Shown in pieces: positions 1 to 9,767 of a stretch of 64,000 bases of DNA. The notes beneath the pieces are model-generated. The model did no database searches and was not told the DNA's origin. It saw only the letters and a list, made by a program, of their open reading frames with translations. Each line of letters begins with the position of its first letter. Within the stretch, counting starts at the first letter, position 1. The translations under genes were made by a program, and so were the position numbers. This DNA is from Promethearchaeota archaeon (GTDB taxonomy: Archaea > Asgardarchaeota > Lokiarchaeia > Sigyniarchaeales > SOKP01): the NCBI GenBank assembly GCA_048939995.1, contig JBHLOY010000004.1, forward strand, positions 96,001 to 160,000, in the 5' to 3' direction.

Positions 1-2
1 TC

Positions 3-1430
3 TCTTCTCAAAGTAAAAGCTTTAATAATTGGTTAAATAACCTAATTGACACTGTCGAAAAAGCTGTAAAAGAAATACCATCTGAAACACTTGAAGAACT
101 TAAAAAACATGGAGATATATCCTCCCTCAAAGATATTGATCAAAACTTAGCTGTTGTTAGAAAAGAAATTCCTAATATTCAAAAAGAATTGTCAAATTTA
201 GGATTTTTAGGGAAAAAATTTGGGACAGACTTAGCTAATAAAATAATGAGCTCAGTTCAAAATGAAATTAAAGGACAGTTAAGCCAAGAATTTGATCTTG
301 ACTTTGTAACAGGAAGGCGAAAAAACTTATCCGTTGCTCTCTATGACGTGTCAAAAGAACGTGGGATTGATTCCGAAGGGATACTATATTTATTACGTGC
401 TTTACCAGATTTAGAAGCATTTTTATATAGTACTAGTGTTAAAAAATATTATAGAGATCATACTGAACATGCACTCCGAGTTGCTGTTTTAGGAGATTTT
501 CTTCTAGAACAAGATTTGGGGCAAGGTAATTTAGCGGGAGTTATTTCAGATTTGACTGAATTAGAAAAGAGCGAAATTAAAGATAAATTTTGGTGGATTG
601 CAGGGTTAATTCACGATATTGGTTACCCTCTAGGTAAGATGACAACAGCAATTAATTTTTCATTAGTAAATCAATTACTAAAATGTTATCCCACCCTTGA
701 TCTTGAATTTATACCCTTTGAAATTGGTTTATCATGGAAAGGCTCACAAGAAGATTATTTAAAAATAATTGAAGAGGATCTCTCAAAGGAAGCACGCTCA
801 CTTATAAGAGCCGGAGCGGGAGTTGATAATCCAAGTTTAACCCCTCAAGAAACTCAAGTATATCTCAAAACAGAAGAAGGTCATCCAGAATACAACTATT
901 CAAATCTATTAAATTTGGATCATGGCGTAATTTCTGCCCTATCTTTATTGAATAGTTTAGGCACACCAGAAGAAATTAAAAACAATGATGAACTCTCAGG
1001 ATACCTTTTAGTGGCTAAAGCAATAGCTTTACACAATTTTAAGGCACAATTGAAAGAATATACTTTTGATAATCACCCATTAGCTTTTTTCTTATTGTTA
1101 ATTGATGAGCTTCAAGAGTGGGGCAGACCAATTCCAATTAAGGTGAGAGACACCTATTTTACAACTGAATTGAAAAAGATCACTTTACTTGATGAAATAA
1201 TACTTAATTTAGATGAGTTCAATTGGTTAATGAAATTCAAGAATAAAAGTGCTGAAAAGCTTATGGATTTCAATTTTAGAATTTTCTCAAAAGAAAAAAA
1301 GAATACATTTAATAGATTAAATAGAGGAAATAAATTTTCTCAGACCAAAATTCAATTGCAAGATATTAAAACAGATTTGAAACCTAAAAGCAAGGAGAAA
1401 ATCCTTGATGAGATGACAATAATTATATAA
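3..1430 (+). CDS. HD-domain metal-dependent phosphohydrolase (HD-CE-like), 5' partial
   Basis: Motifs RDHTEHALRV, IHDIGYP, DHGVISA, IALHN, LIDELQEWGRP. The frame is open from base 3 (SSQSKSFNNWLNN...), so the true start lies before the window, not at TTG 189. Confidence 0.8.
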   Translation, partial: SSQSKSFNNWLNNLIDTVEKAVKEIPSETLEELKKHGDISSLKDIDQNLAVVRKEIPNIQKELSNLGFLGKKFGTDLANKIMSSVQNEIKGQLSQEFDLDFVTGRRKNLSVALYDVSKERGIDSEGILYLLRALPDLEAFLYSTSVKKYYRDHTEHALRVAVLGDFLLEQDLGQGNLAGVISDLTELEKSEIKDKFWWIAGLIHDIGYPLGKMTTAINFSLVNQLLKCYPTLDLEFIPFEIGLSWKGSQEDYLKIIEEDLSKEARSLIRAGAGVDNPSLTPQETQVYLKTEEGHPEYNYSNLLNLDHGVISALSLLNSLGTPEEIKNNDELSGYLLVAKAIALHNFKAQLKEYTFDNHPLAFFLLLIDELQEWGRPIPIKVRDTYFTTELKKITLLDEIILNLDEFNWLMKFKNKSAEKLMDFNFRIFSKEKKNTFNRLNRGNKFSQTKIQLQDIKTDLKPKSKEKILDEMTIII

Positions 1431-1746
1431 TCTTTTCTTTAAATGCCATAATTCTTAAATTCTTGATTATAATATTATTTGAAGCTTAGATATTTATGAC
1501 AAGTTTCTCAATTGATTAATCAATTAAAAGTAAAACAAAATTCATTGAGAAGATTCGAGATAATATTAATAGATAGTGGGAGCCATTTCCCACGCTACTT
1601 TTTAGAAAGCTACTAAATCATGTAGATACTTAGCAATTAAGTTAATGATGCGATAATAATTGGACTCCAAATTATTTTTAATCCTTATTGACGATATATC
1701 AATTAGGAGTAAATTATAATAAATTAAGAATCTATAAAGTTATGAG

Positions 1747-1935
1747 ATGAATGTAAGAATGGAAAGTAATGTAGATTATTACGAGTTTCTAGATTTTGTT
1801 AACAAATCTTCTAAGAAGCAAAAATCAATACAAAGAGATGCTGCTAAGATAGTTTTTGAAAACTTTCATCTATGCTTAATCAAGAAAGAATTAGAAATTG
1901 AGATACAAAAAATAACTAAATTATTGTCAAATTAA
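1747..1935 (+). CDS. small hypothetical protein (62 aa)
   Basis: ATG ORF filling an intergenic gap, plausible helical composition, no recognised motif. Confidence 0.45.
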   Translation: MNVRMESNVDYYEFLDFVNKSSKKQKSIQRDAAKIVFENFHLCLIKKELEIEIQKITKLLSN

Positions 1936-1963
1936 GCATTATAAACATTCAAACATAACCTAC

Positions 1964-2572
1964 TTATTTCATACTCAGTTTTTTGGCTATTAATTCTAAA
2001 TAAGAATCTCTTATTGAGTCTTTTTCAGTTATTCCGAACTGTTTAAGAAAATCAAAAATTAGGTCTTTACTCTTAATCATCTCTATTTTATCCTCTATTT
2101 GTATTTCAGCTTCTATGAAATTTTGATTTAGAATTGGTAAATAATCGAGTAATAAATCTATCTTTTTGTTTTTAAACCAAAATTCATATAATTCTCTTTC
2201 CTTCTTTACAGTTAAGATCTCTTTAAAACCCAAATGGCTTAACAAATTTCTCATACTTCTTATATCTTTTATTTCCGTTTCAATTTCTTCTCGAGTTTTT
2301 GTTGTTTGATCAATTCTTTTTCCTTTGTAAGTAATATAAAATTTTTTTAAGTAAGGTTTTTCATCCTTATTCTTATTAAATTCGATAGCTTCTCTTAACC
2401 GAAGAGCTTCATCTGTTTTTTTGAAATCTCTTAATCCTTTGGGCATGTTGAAATAGGTATCCTCATGATTTAGCGATATAATATACTTCCCATTTAATTT
2501 GGTTATTTTATTATATAATAAATCTGGATTATAATTAGCTACTTTAATTTCGACCTCAATCATGATGTTCAA
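1964..2572 (-). CDS. cyaB: CYTH-domain protein / class IV adenylate cyclase-like triphosphate tunnel enzyme
   Basis: N-terminal ExExK (EVEIK), HEDTYF, ALRLR, TYKG, REEIE, VKKERELY, FIEAE, SYLEL. Confidence 0.9.
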   Translation of the reverse strand: MNIMIEVEIKVANYNPDLLYNKITKLNGKYIISLNHEDTYFNMPKGLRDFKKTDEALRLREAIEFNKNKDEKPYLKKFYITYKGKRIDQTTKTREEIETEIKDIRSMRNLLSHLGFKEILTVKKERELYEFWFKNKKIDLLLDYLPILNQNFIEAEIQIEDKIEMIKSKDLIFDFLKQFGITEKDSIRDSYLELIAKKLSMK

Positions 2573-2636
2573 CTTAATTTACTGATAACAAATATAATTT
2601 ATTATTTTTTATTAAGTATTAATGTAAATAAATTGA

Positions 2637-3614
2637 GTTGACAATAAAATAACCAATCCTCAAAAAAGAAGTCAAGAGCTCGCCCAAAAATTTGGTTATC
2701 TTCCTTATATGATTGAAAGGTATATTCAATTCTTAGGTTTAGAAGATACTATAAAACTTTTAGAAGCAAATGAAAGAACATTGATTCCCTCCATTAGAGT
2801 CAATACATTAAGAATATCCCCCGCGGTTTTAAGAGATAAATTAATAAAAAAAGATTTCAAGTTAAGAGTCTTAGAATGGGTCCCTTATGGATTTGAAGTT
2901 TTAAAAACTAAATTAAACTTAGGGTCTACTCATGAATACTTACAAGGATATTATTATTTGCAAAATAAAGCATCTATGCTCCCACCAATAATTCTTGCTC
3001 CCAAACCAAACGAAACGGTAATCGATATGTGTGCTGCTCCAGGAGGAAAATCTACCCATTTAGCTCAAATAATGAATAATCAAGGAGCTCTTATTTTAAT
3101 TGAAAAGAATCCGAGGAGAATTTCTTCCTTAGAAATGAATATACGTAGGATGGGAATTACTAATTCAATCATTTTGAATACTGACGCAAGAAATATAACA
3201 GAATTGAACATTAAAGCAGATCGCATCTTATTGGACGCCCCTTGTACTGGTGAAGGGTTGATTCGAGAGGATCCAAGCAGAAAAGTAAGTAGAACTATAA
3301 CTGATTTAGAAAAAATGGCTGAAATACAGAAAAAATTATTAAATTCTGGGCTCCATTCCTTGAAAAAAGGAGGGTTCTTATTGTATAGTACTTGTTCGAT
3401 TAGTCCTGAAGAAAATGAATTTGTAATAGATGAACTTCTAAGAAGTCAGTCCAAATTTAAAATTCAGAAAATTGAAAAAACCTATGGAATTCAAGGGATT
3501 ACACATTTCAACGGAAATAACCTCTTAGACGATCTTATCTACTCTCAGAGATTGTATCCTCATCTCCATGATACAATTGGATTCTTTCTCTGCTTAATTA
3601 AAAGAATAAAATAA
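2637..3614 (+). CDS. nop2: NOL1/NOP2/RsmB-family RNA m5C methyltransferase
   Basis: DMCAAPGGKS, LLDAPCTG, YSTCS, EENE motifs. Frame open upstream of ATG 2709 to GTT 2637 (ELAQKFGYLPYMIERY); exact start uncertain. Confidence 0.92.
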   Translation, partial: VDNKITNPQKRSQELAQKFGYLPYMIERYIQFLGLEDTIKLLEANERTLIPSIRVNTLRISPAVLRDKLIKKDFKLRVLEWVPYGFEVLKTKLNLGSTHEYLQGYYYLQNKASMLPPIILAPKPNETVIDMCAAPGGKSTHLAQIMNNQGALILIEKNPRRISSLEMNIRRMGITNSIILNTDARNITELNIKADRILLDAPCTGEGLIREDPSRKVSRTITDLEKMAEIQKKLLNSGLHSLKKGGFLLYSTCSISPEENEFVIDELLRSQSKFKIQKIEKTYGIQGITHFNGNNLLDDLIYSQRLYPHLHDTIGFFLCLIKRIK

Positions 3615-3617
3615 GAG

Positions 3618-4181
3618 CTAGTTTTCTTTTCTTAGATAATAACCTTTATCAACTAAATTAGCTACAATTAAATCCTCGGAGTGAAATTTATTGAAATAAT
3701 TGCCGTCAATTTTATTTAACCCAATTGCTAATAATTCTTTTATTTCGTTTAAAATAATAACTATTCTATTGATTTTTATTTCAAGGGGGAAAGATAATAT
3801 CATTTTTTTTAAGACATTATTTCCGTAAAGAATTGCCTTTTCTCCTTCTTCGTTTACAATTAATTGGCATTTTTTGGAAATGTAATTCTCTTTATATAAA
3901 AATTCAGCTCCTTCTAAACTCAAAAAAAAAACTCCTTTTTTTATAAAACCAAAATAAAGACCAAGAGAATAAATATTTGGAAAATTAACTATCTGCTTGA
4001 AAAGGTTTAGTTTTTCATGAATTAGGTAAACTGGAATTTGATTCTTCTTAGATTCTTGATTTAAGATTACATTAAGATAATATCTATTCTCTCCTAATAA
4101 TACAGTGAATTTATTTGAAATTTGAGATAGAGAATTACTTATGATTTTTTTTTCAAAATCATTAATTTGTCTAACGCTCAT
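3618..4181 (-). CDS. nip7: Nip7-like ribosome biogenesis protein (PUA domain)
   Basis: SLGLYFG...FFLSLEG, EKAILYGNNV, NLVDKGYYLR; adjacent to nop2. Confidence 0.8.
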   Translation of the reverse strand: MSVRQINDFEKKIISNSLSQISNKFTVLLGENRYYLNVILNQESKKNQIPVYLIHEKLNLFKQIVNFPNIYSLGLYFGFIKKGVFFLSLEGAEFLYKENYISKKCQLIVNEEGEKAILYGNNVLKKMILSFPLEIKINRIVIILNEIKELLAIGLNKIDGNYFNKFHSEDLIVANLVDKGYYLRKEN

Positions 4182-4247
4182 TATGCCAAAAAATCAAAAA
4201 AAATAAGTAGATTTATTAATATTAATCAAGTAAGATATTAAAAAATA

Positions 4248-4976
4248 GTGTTAAGTAGAATGGGTATTCGAAAAATAGAAGATGATATTGACTTAGAAGA
4301 AGCAATCAAGAAAAAAGCAGCAGAGCTAAGAATTAAAGACATCCAAGCAAAAGCAGAAACAGAAAAGTTTACCAAAGAAAGGTTAAGAGAATTAGCTAAA
4401 AAGCACGGGGTTATTTTAGCATTAACTCCTGAATTGAAGGATGAAGTAAAATATTTACAGAAAGAGTATAAGATTCCTACCTCCAAAATTATAACTGAAC
4501 AAATTACAGAGCATGATGTATTAAAAAAATCTTCTAAAGTAGATCATGAAAAGCTAGGGATGCTAGCATACCAAAGAGTTCTTATGCAGAAAGAAGAAAT
4601 TGGGGCCGGGATAATTCCAATTTCAGATGTTTTTGAGATGATACATACTGGAATTTTAAAAGGGAACGTTGAAATTAAAGATTTAAAAAAGGCTTTAAAA
4701 CTATTAAAGAAAAATCAAGTAATTGATGATGTTGAGGAATTAGATTCTGGTACAATTATGATAAGATTTTTTCCAGTTCAATATACTAGTGATCAAGTAA
4801 AAGTTATAGAAGTTGCCAAAGATAAGGGTTATGTGTCATTAGAAGATGTTTGTGTCGCTTTAAATTGGCCTCAAGACAGGGCTTTAAAAACTTTAAGTTC
4901 TCTTGAACAAACTGGTATTGCAAAGTTTAGAGAATCTCTTTTAAAGGGTAAACAATGGTACTTTCCATCAATATAA
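4248..4976 (+). CDS. vps22: ESCRT-II Vps22/Vps36-like (EAP30) winged-helix protein
   Basis: MGIRKI N-terminus (likely ATG 4260), tandem winged helices, LNWPQDRA..L..L, C-terminal WYFPS; next to vps25/vps4. Confidence 0.85.
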   Translation: MLSRMGIRKIEDDIDLEEAIKKKAAELRIKDIQAKAETEKFTKERLRELAKKHGVILALTPELKDEVKYLQKEYKIPTSKIITEQITEHDVLKKSSKVDHEKLGMLAYQRVLMQKEEIGAGIIPISDVFEMIHTGILKGNVEIKDLKKALKLLKKNQVIDDVEELDSGTIMIRFFPVQYTSDQVKVIEVAKDKGYVSLEDVCVALNWPQDRALKTLSSLEQTGIAKFRESLLKGKQWYFPSI

Positions 4977-4980
4977 TATT

Positions 4981-5877
4981 TTACTCTACCTTAATTTTGA
5001 AGGAAATTTGCCCATCCTCGGATTTAATTATTCTGCCACGTTCATTTTTTTCTAGTCGTTTGAAAATTTCAAGTAAATCTTCTTTTGGTAGGTTGCTAAA
5101 GGCTCTATTAGATTCTCTGATCTCAAATATCAAAATAGGTTCTAGTGGTGAAATCTCCATTGCCCATTCATAAATCTCCTCGGCCCAATTATCAAGAGTT
5201 TTCCAATATATCCTTAGTTTCTCTTTACTTTTTGAAAGCCATTCTGCCTGTTTTTTATCTACTAATTCCTGGGCAATTATTTCTAATGCTGTATTTCTAT
5301 CCTCAAATTTAGAAAATGGTTTTTCTGATTCTAATTTTCTTAAATATAAAATATGAAGGATTGCATATCTTGCATAATCAAAAAGGACCTTTGACCATTC
5401 ACTCTTCCATGATTCAAAATCTTTAAGATCAATTTTTTTATTAGGGATAGAGTACATGAATATATACCTTTTTTCTTCAAGCCACGGATAATCATTAAGT
5501 AATAACTCATAAGTGGAGACCTCTTTAGCAATAACACCCTCTTCTCCAACTAATTCTAATTCTATACTTTTAAGTTCCTTCTCTATTTGAGCAGAATGTT
5601 GCTTATATGCTTCTAAATCCACGTCTCCTAATGTACTTGTTAGAAAGTCCTCAATTTTGTCTAAGCGAGTTTCAATATTTTCTTCTATTGGCTTCTCAGC
5701 AATCTCAGAAGATATTTCTCCTTCAACAATATTCTCTTCTTGAGGTTTGTCCAACTCTCTTTGTCTTTTTAATTCTTTTAAACGGACTAATTCTTTCCTT
5801 AAATCTTCTAAATCTATCTCAGATTTTTCCTCAATTTCTTCCATAAGGTCTTTAGGTTTTTCTCTTTGTTCTTCCAT
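4981..5877 (-). CDS. vps25: ESCRT-II Vps25-like protein with acidic coiled-coil N-terminal extension
   Basis: WKSEWSKVLFDY, AEWL, IYWKTLDNWAEEIYEW resemble Vps25 conserved blocks; starts 1 nt after the vps4 stop. Confidence 0.85.
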   Translation of the reverse strand: MEEQREKPKDLMEEIEEKSEIDLEDLRKELVRLKELKRQRELDKPQEENIVEGEISSEIAEKPIEENIETRLDKIEDFLTSTLGDVDLEAYKQHSAQIEKELKSIELELVGEEGVIAKEVSTYELLLNDYPWLEEKRYIFMYSIPNKKIDLKDFESWKSEWSKVLFDYARYAILHILYLRKLESEKPFSKFEDRNTALEIIAQELVDKKQAEWLSKSKEKLRIYWKTLDNWAEEIYEWAMEISPLEPILIFEIRESNRAFSNLPKEDLLEIFKRLEKNERGRIIKSEDGQISFKIKVE

Positions 5878-5878
5878 A

Positions 5879-7096
5879 CTAAAATTCTCCGAATTCCTCA
5901 GCCCATTGTTGATATTTTTTCAATTCAGATTTAGTTGTCATTGGTTTTATTTTCTTAATTGTTTTCAAAAAATCTTTTAGGTTTATATCTCTCACAACTA
6001 CTTCTTTATCTGGATCTTCTAATAATCCTCCCATATCTAATTCCCTTACAGGAATCATAATTACTTCACGACATATATTAGATATGTCCCGGCCTGAGTA
6101 GCTGTCAGTACGAACAGCTAATTCAATATAATCTTCTTCTGTTAAGGCTGAATTTACTCCTGAAGTATGAATTTTAAAGATCCCTACTCTTGCCGCTTGA
6201 TCTGGAAGTGGGACATATACCTTCTTTTCAAATCTACTTAACATTGCTATATCTATATCCCATGGTCGGTTGGTAGCTCCCAGTACGAGCATTGGTCTAT
6301 CATGAGTTGATTTAACTCCTTGAATTTCTTGTAATAGCTGTGTTTTAACTCTTCTTTCACCCCCGCCTTCATGACCACTACCTCTAGTTGTGGCTACAGA
6401 ATCGATTTCATCCATAAAAATCAGACTTGGGGCTCTAGCACGAGCTAATTTGAATAGAGACGAGATTAATTTTTCGCTTTCGCCTAACCATTTACTTAAT
6501 AAGTCTGCAGATGAAACACTGAAAAAAGTTGCCTTGCATTCAGTAGCTGCAGCTTTTGCTAATAAAGTTTTTCCACACCCGGGGGGTCCAAATAGTAAAA
6601 TTCCTGACCATGGCTTTCTAGCGCCTGTAAATAAGTCAGGTTTCATGATTGGCAATACTATCGCTTCTCTTACTGCTTGTTTACAATCACCCAAGCCTGC
6701 AATTTCATTCCATTTAACATTAGGAGATTCTGTCAAGATTGTATCCGAAATTGAATCCATTAATTCTTGCTCTTCAGTGGATAAACCTCCAATTTCCGGT
6801 TTTGGTTCTCCTTCATTTGGTTCGCTGGGAGTTGATTTTGGACGAGATCTCCGAACTCGTGGACCACTTAGATGTTCTTTAAGAACTTGACCTCTAGTCA
6901 TATACTGTTCTATCTGATCTTTACATCTTCTTATCATTATTGGATTTTTATTGTATTTAATAAATTGAATAAGTATCTCCGCTGCTCTAAAATACTTATT
7001 CATTGCTTGGTGGAGATGACCTTTTTGGTCTAATTCAATTGCTTTATTTGCTTCCTCAACAGCATACTGATATAGTTTCGACTCAACTGACGAGAT
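5879..7096 (-). CDS. vps4: Vps4 AAA+ ATPase with N-terminal MIT domain
   Basis: GPPGCGKT, FMDEID, SKWLGESEKL, GATNRPWDID. MIT helix 1 (YAVEEANKAIELDQKG) is encoded in frame upstream of ATG 7003, to ATC 7096. Confidence 0.95.
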   Translation of the reverse strand: MSSVESKLYQYAVEEANKAIELDQKGHLHQAMNKYFRAAEILIQFIKYNKNPIMIRRCKDQIEQYMTRGQVLKEHLSGPRVRRSRPKSTPSEPNEGEPKPEIGGLSTEEQELMDSISDTILTESPNVKWNEIAGLGDCKQAVREAIVLPIMKPDLFTGARKPWSGILLFGPPGCGKTLLAKAAATECKATFFSVSSADLLSKWLGESEKLISSLFKLARARAPSLIFMDEIDSVATTRGSGHEGGGERRVKTQLLQEIQGVKSTHDRPMLVLGATNRPWDIDIAMLSRFEKKVYVPLPDQAARVGIFKIHTSGVNSALTEEDYIELAVRTDSYSGRDISNICREVIMIPVRELDMGGLLEDPDKEVVVRDINLKDFLKTIKKIKPMTTKSELKKYQQWAEEFGEF

Positions 7097-7103
7097 AATA
7101 AAA

Positions 7104-7108
7104 ACCTC
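7104..7108 (-). promoter_or_regulatory. Shine-Dalgarno GAGGT upstream of proposed vps4 ATC start
   Basis: Minus strand AAGAGGTTTTTATT-ATC-TCG, 7 nt spacing. Confidence 0.6.
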
Positions 7109-7354
7109 TTATTTTTAGCTTATTTTATTTTATAATATTTCAATTGTTATTTAAATTAATCTAATACCAATCTTCACTTATATTAAATATTAAATAAAAG
7201 CTATTTCAAATTTTCTTTTTCCTACAATATCAAGATATCTCCTTAACATATATTATTTTACTCAAATAACAATCGTAATTATTGGTCTACAAAAAATTAT
7301 ATAATCTCGAATTTTTTTATATAATATAAAATAACGAAAATTTGTTGAATCAAA

Positions 7355-7981
7355 ATGGGTTTTCTTAAAGATTTAAGTGGTTGGCTTTCTGGTGGAAGGA
7401 AAAAGGACACTGTACGCTCTGCAACAGTTAAATTAAAAGTTTTTAATAAACGATTAATGAGACAAACTAAAAAAATGGAAATGTCAGCGAAACTAGCAAG
7501 AGATAAAGCTGTCAAGCTTCGAAAGGAAGGTGATATGCAAGGATCAGAATTCCATGCTCGTAACTTTCTCCAAGTAAAAAAACAGAGCCGTGCAATAGAC
7601 CTCTTCCGAACAAACCTCGAAGGGATGGTCTTTAAATTAGAACAAGCTAGTGCGGTAAAAGACGTAGCTGAAATTATGCGAGGAATTGCGATGAGTCTTG
7701 GTGCGCTAAAAAATTCATTATCTATCCCACAAATTACAGAACTAATGACTCAAATTGGAGTAGATATTGAAGATTTTAACGTAACAGAAGAAATTACATC
7801 TGACGGAATAAATGATATGATGGTTGATACCGCTGTAACTGATAGTGATGTAAAAGAAGTGTTAGGTGAGATCGATGCGGAGATTGGAGCAGAAATTGGT
7901 GGAGCCTTACCTTCTGTAGAACCTGACGGAAAAATTAAGGAATTAGAAGAAGAACTTAATAAGTTAAAGTCAAGAGATTAA
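7355..7981 (+). CDS. ESCRT-III subunit (Snf7 fold, Vps2/24/46-like)
   Basis: Amphipathic N-helix MGFLKDLSGWL, basic helical hairpin, acidic C half, MIM1-like tail IKELEEELNKLK; divergent from vps4. Confidence 0.9.
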   Translation: MGFLKDLSGWLSGGRKKDTVRSATVKLKVFNKRLMRQTKKMEMSAKLARDKAVKLRKEGDMQGSEFHARNFLQVKKQSRAIDLFRTNLEGMVFKLEQASAVKDVAEIMRGIAMSLGALKNSLSIPQITELMTQIGVDIEDFNVTEEITSDGINDMMVDTAVTDSDVKEVLGEIDAEIGAEIGGALPSVEPDGKIKELEEELNKLKSRD

Positions 7982-8072
7982 ACTCAACCTTTTTCTTAAA
8001 AATTTTGAAGTAAAATTATTTAAGATAAAACGTTATCTTTAATTTATTCTTTAAGTCAATTTTTAAATCATC

Positions 8073-9101
8073 GTGGTTTTAATGGAAAATAATTTTGATT
8101 TGATTTCTATTGGTAGTTGCACTCTTGATTGTATAATATCTGTTAAAGATATTCTTAGATTTGAGCTATTTGAAAATGAATCAGTTAAAAAATATACAGC
8201 CATCGAATATAGTCGCAAATTAAATATTGATAATGTAACATTTGTTCCAGGAGGTTCTGGTGCTAATATTGCTTCAAATTGTGCGATGTTAGGGTTAAAA
8301 TCAACTTATATAGGAGTCATTGGTAATGATTTCTCGGCAAAAATATGTTTAGACGATTTAAAGGAGAGAGGTGTAGATACCTCCAATATAAAACAAACAG
8401 ATGAAGATAATACAGCATTTTCAGTAATTTTGAAAACCGAGTGGGGAAAAGATAGAAGTATTTTAGCTTTTAAGGGGGCTAATAATTTACTTTCTCCGAA
8501 GGAAGTAAAAGAAGAATTATTTAAAGGGATTAAAGCTTTTGCTTGGACTTCTTTAACATCTGAAAATGGATGTCAAGCCATTGAGAAGGCAATAAACTTT
8601 ACAAAAGAAAATGGGGGTATAGTATTTGGTGCACCAAGTATGTCAATCATTAAGAATAATCCTAAATGGGCAAAAAAATTGATAAATAAATCTGATGTCA
8701 TTTCCATGAACGCGGAAGAAGCAAAGGAATTTACGGCCGAATCTGATAATTACTATAGCATCAGAAAGATCTATGAATTGGGTCCAAAATTAGTTTCAAT
8801 TACAGATGGAGCAAATGGTTCGTTGTTAACTGATGGAAAGAAATTAATCAAAAGTTCAATCTATAACGTTGATGTAAAGGATACTACTGGCGCTGGAGAT
8901 GCTTTTTTAAGCGGAGTATTGGTCTCTAAACTAAATCAATTTCCCTTAGACCATACAATTAAACTAGCAACGGCACTTTCTTCATTAGAATGCATGGAGG
9001 TTGGAGTTCGAGAAGGAATTCCTAATAATATACAAGAAGTAGAAGAATTTGCATCTTCCCATCAATTGACTCAAATAATTTCAGAATTTTCAAAATTTTA
9101 G
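8073..9101 (+). CDS. PfkB-family carbohydrate/nucleoside kinase
   Basis: GGSGANIA and DTTGAGDAF signatures. Confidence 0.92.
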   Translation: MVLMENNFDLISIGSCTLDCIISVKDILRFELFENESVKKYTAIEYSRKLNIDNVTFVPGGSGANIASNCAMLGLKSTYIGVIGNDFSAKICLDDLKERGVDTSNIKQTDEDNTAFSVILKTEWGKDRSILAFKGANNLLSPKEVKEELFKGIKAFAWTSLTSENGCQAIEKAINFTKENGGIVFGAPSMSIIKNNPKWAKKLINKSDVISMNAEEAKEFTAESDNYYSIRKIYELGPKLVSITDGANGSLLTDGKKLIKSSIYNVDVKDTTGAGDAFLSGVLVSKLNQFPLDHTIKLATALSSLECMEVGVREGIPNNIQEVEEFASSHQLTQIISEFSKF

Positions 9102-9240
9102 ATCACTAATTTTAATTTTAATTCAATATATTCTTTATTTTTAAATCTATGGAATAGTTAATTCTTATATTATAAATTTAGTATACTGTTGATAAGAAAT
9201 ATAAATTATCCATGCGAATAATTCGTCTCAATTTTTAAAA

Positions 9241-9765
9241 ATGGAAGATACCAAGTATAAAGTATGTATATTTGGAGATGCAGCAGTAGGGAAAACTACA
9301 CTAACACACAGATATCTTTCCGGTGTTTTTAAAGAATCCTACAAATTAACTATAGGTATGGATTTTTATGTAAAGAAGCTTGAATTTAATGGCAATAAGA
9401 TTACTCTTCACATATGGGATTTTGCAGGAGAAGAGAAGTTTAGATTTTTATTACCCAGTACCGTAGTTGGTGCACATGGAACTATCTTCATGTATGATAT
9501 CACACGATATAATACGTTAAACAATTTAACAGACTGGCTTTCAGTATATGATAATTCTATGAGTTTGCTAACTCATAATCAAATTGTGCCTAAGATCTTG
9601 ATAGGTAGTAAATTAGATCTCAAAGAGAATAGGACAGTCTCTCAAGAAGAAGCTTATAATTTTGCTAAAGAAAAAAATTTCTTAGAATATTTAGAATGTT
9701 CTTCTAAAACTGGAGAAAATGTAGATCTAATATTTGAGAAAATTAGTCAGATTATGGTGAAATAA
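9241..9765 (+). CDS. Rab-like small GTPase
   Basis: G1 GDAAVGKT, G2 TIG, G3 WDFAGE, G4 SKLD, G5 SSK. Confidence 0.95.
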   Translation: MEDTKYKVCIFGDAAVGKTTLTHRYLSGVFKESYKLTIGMDFYVKKLEFNGNKITLHIWDFAGEEKFRFLLPSTVVGAHGTIFMYDITRYNTLNNLTDWLSVYDNSMSLLTHNQIVPKILIGSKLDLKENRTVSQEEAYNFAKEKNFLEYLECSSKTGENVDLIFEKISQIMVK

Positions 9766-9767
9766 AT

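Noticed and set aside
1576-1593. GC-rich hairpin GTGGGA-GCCATT-TCCCAC in an intergenic region
   Set aside because: Only a 6-bp stem; no SECIS, sRNA or repeat context that I can support.
6390-6890. 166-aa plus-strand ORF inside vps4, and similar antisense ORFs (e.g. 12477-12827, 16407-16799, 40058-40492, 46663-46989, 56088-56420)
   Set aside because: Shadow ORFs overlapping well-supported genes on the opposite strand, with no motifs.
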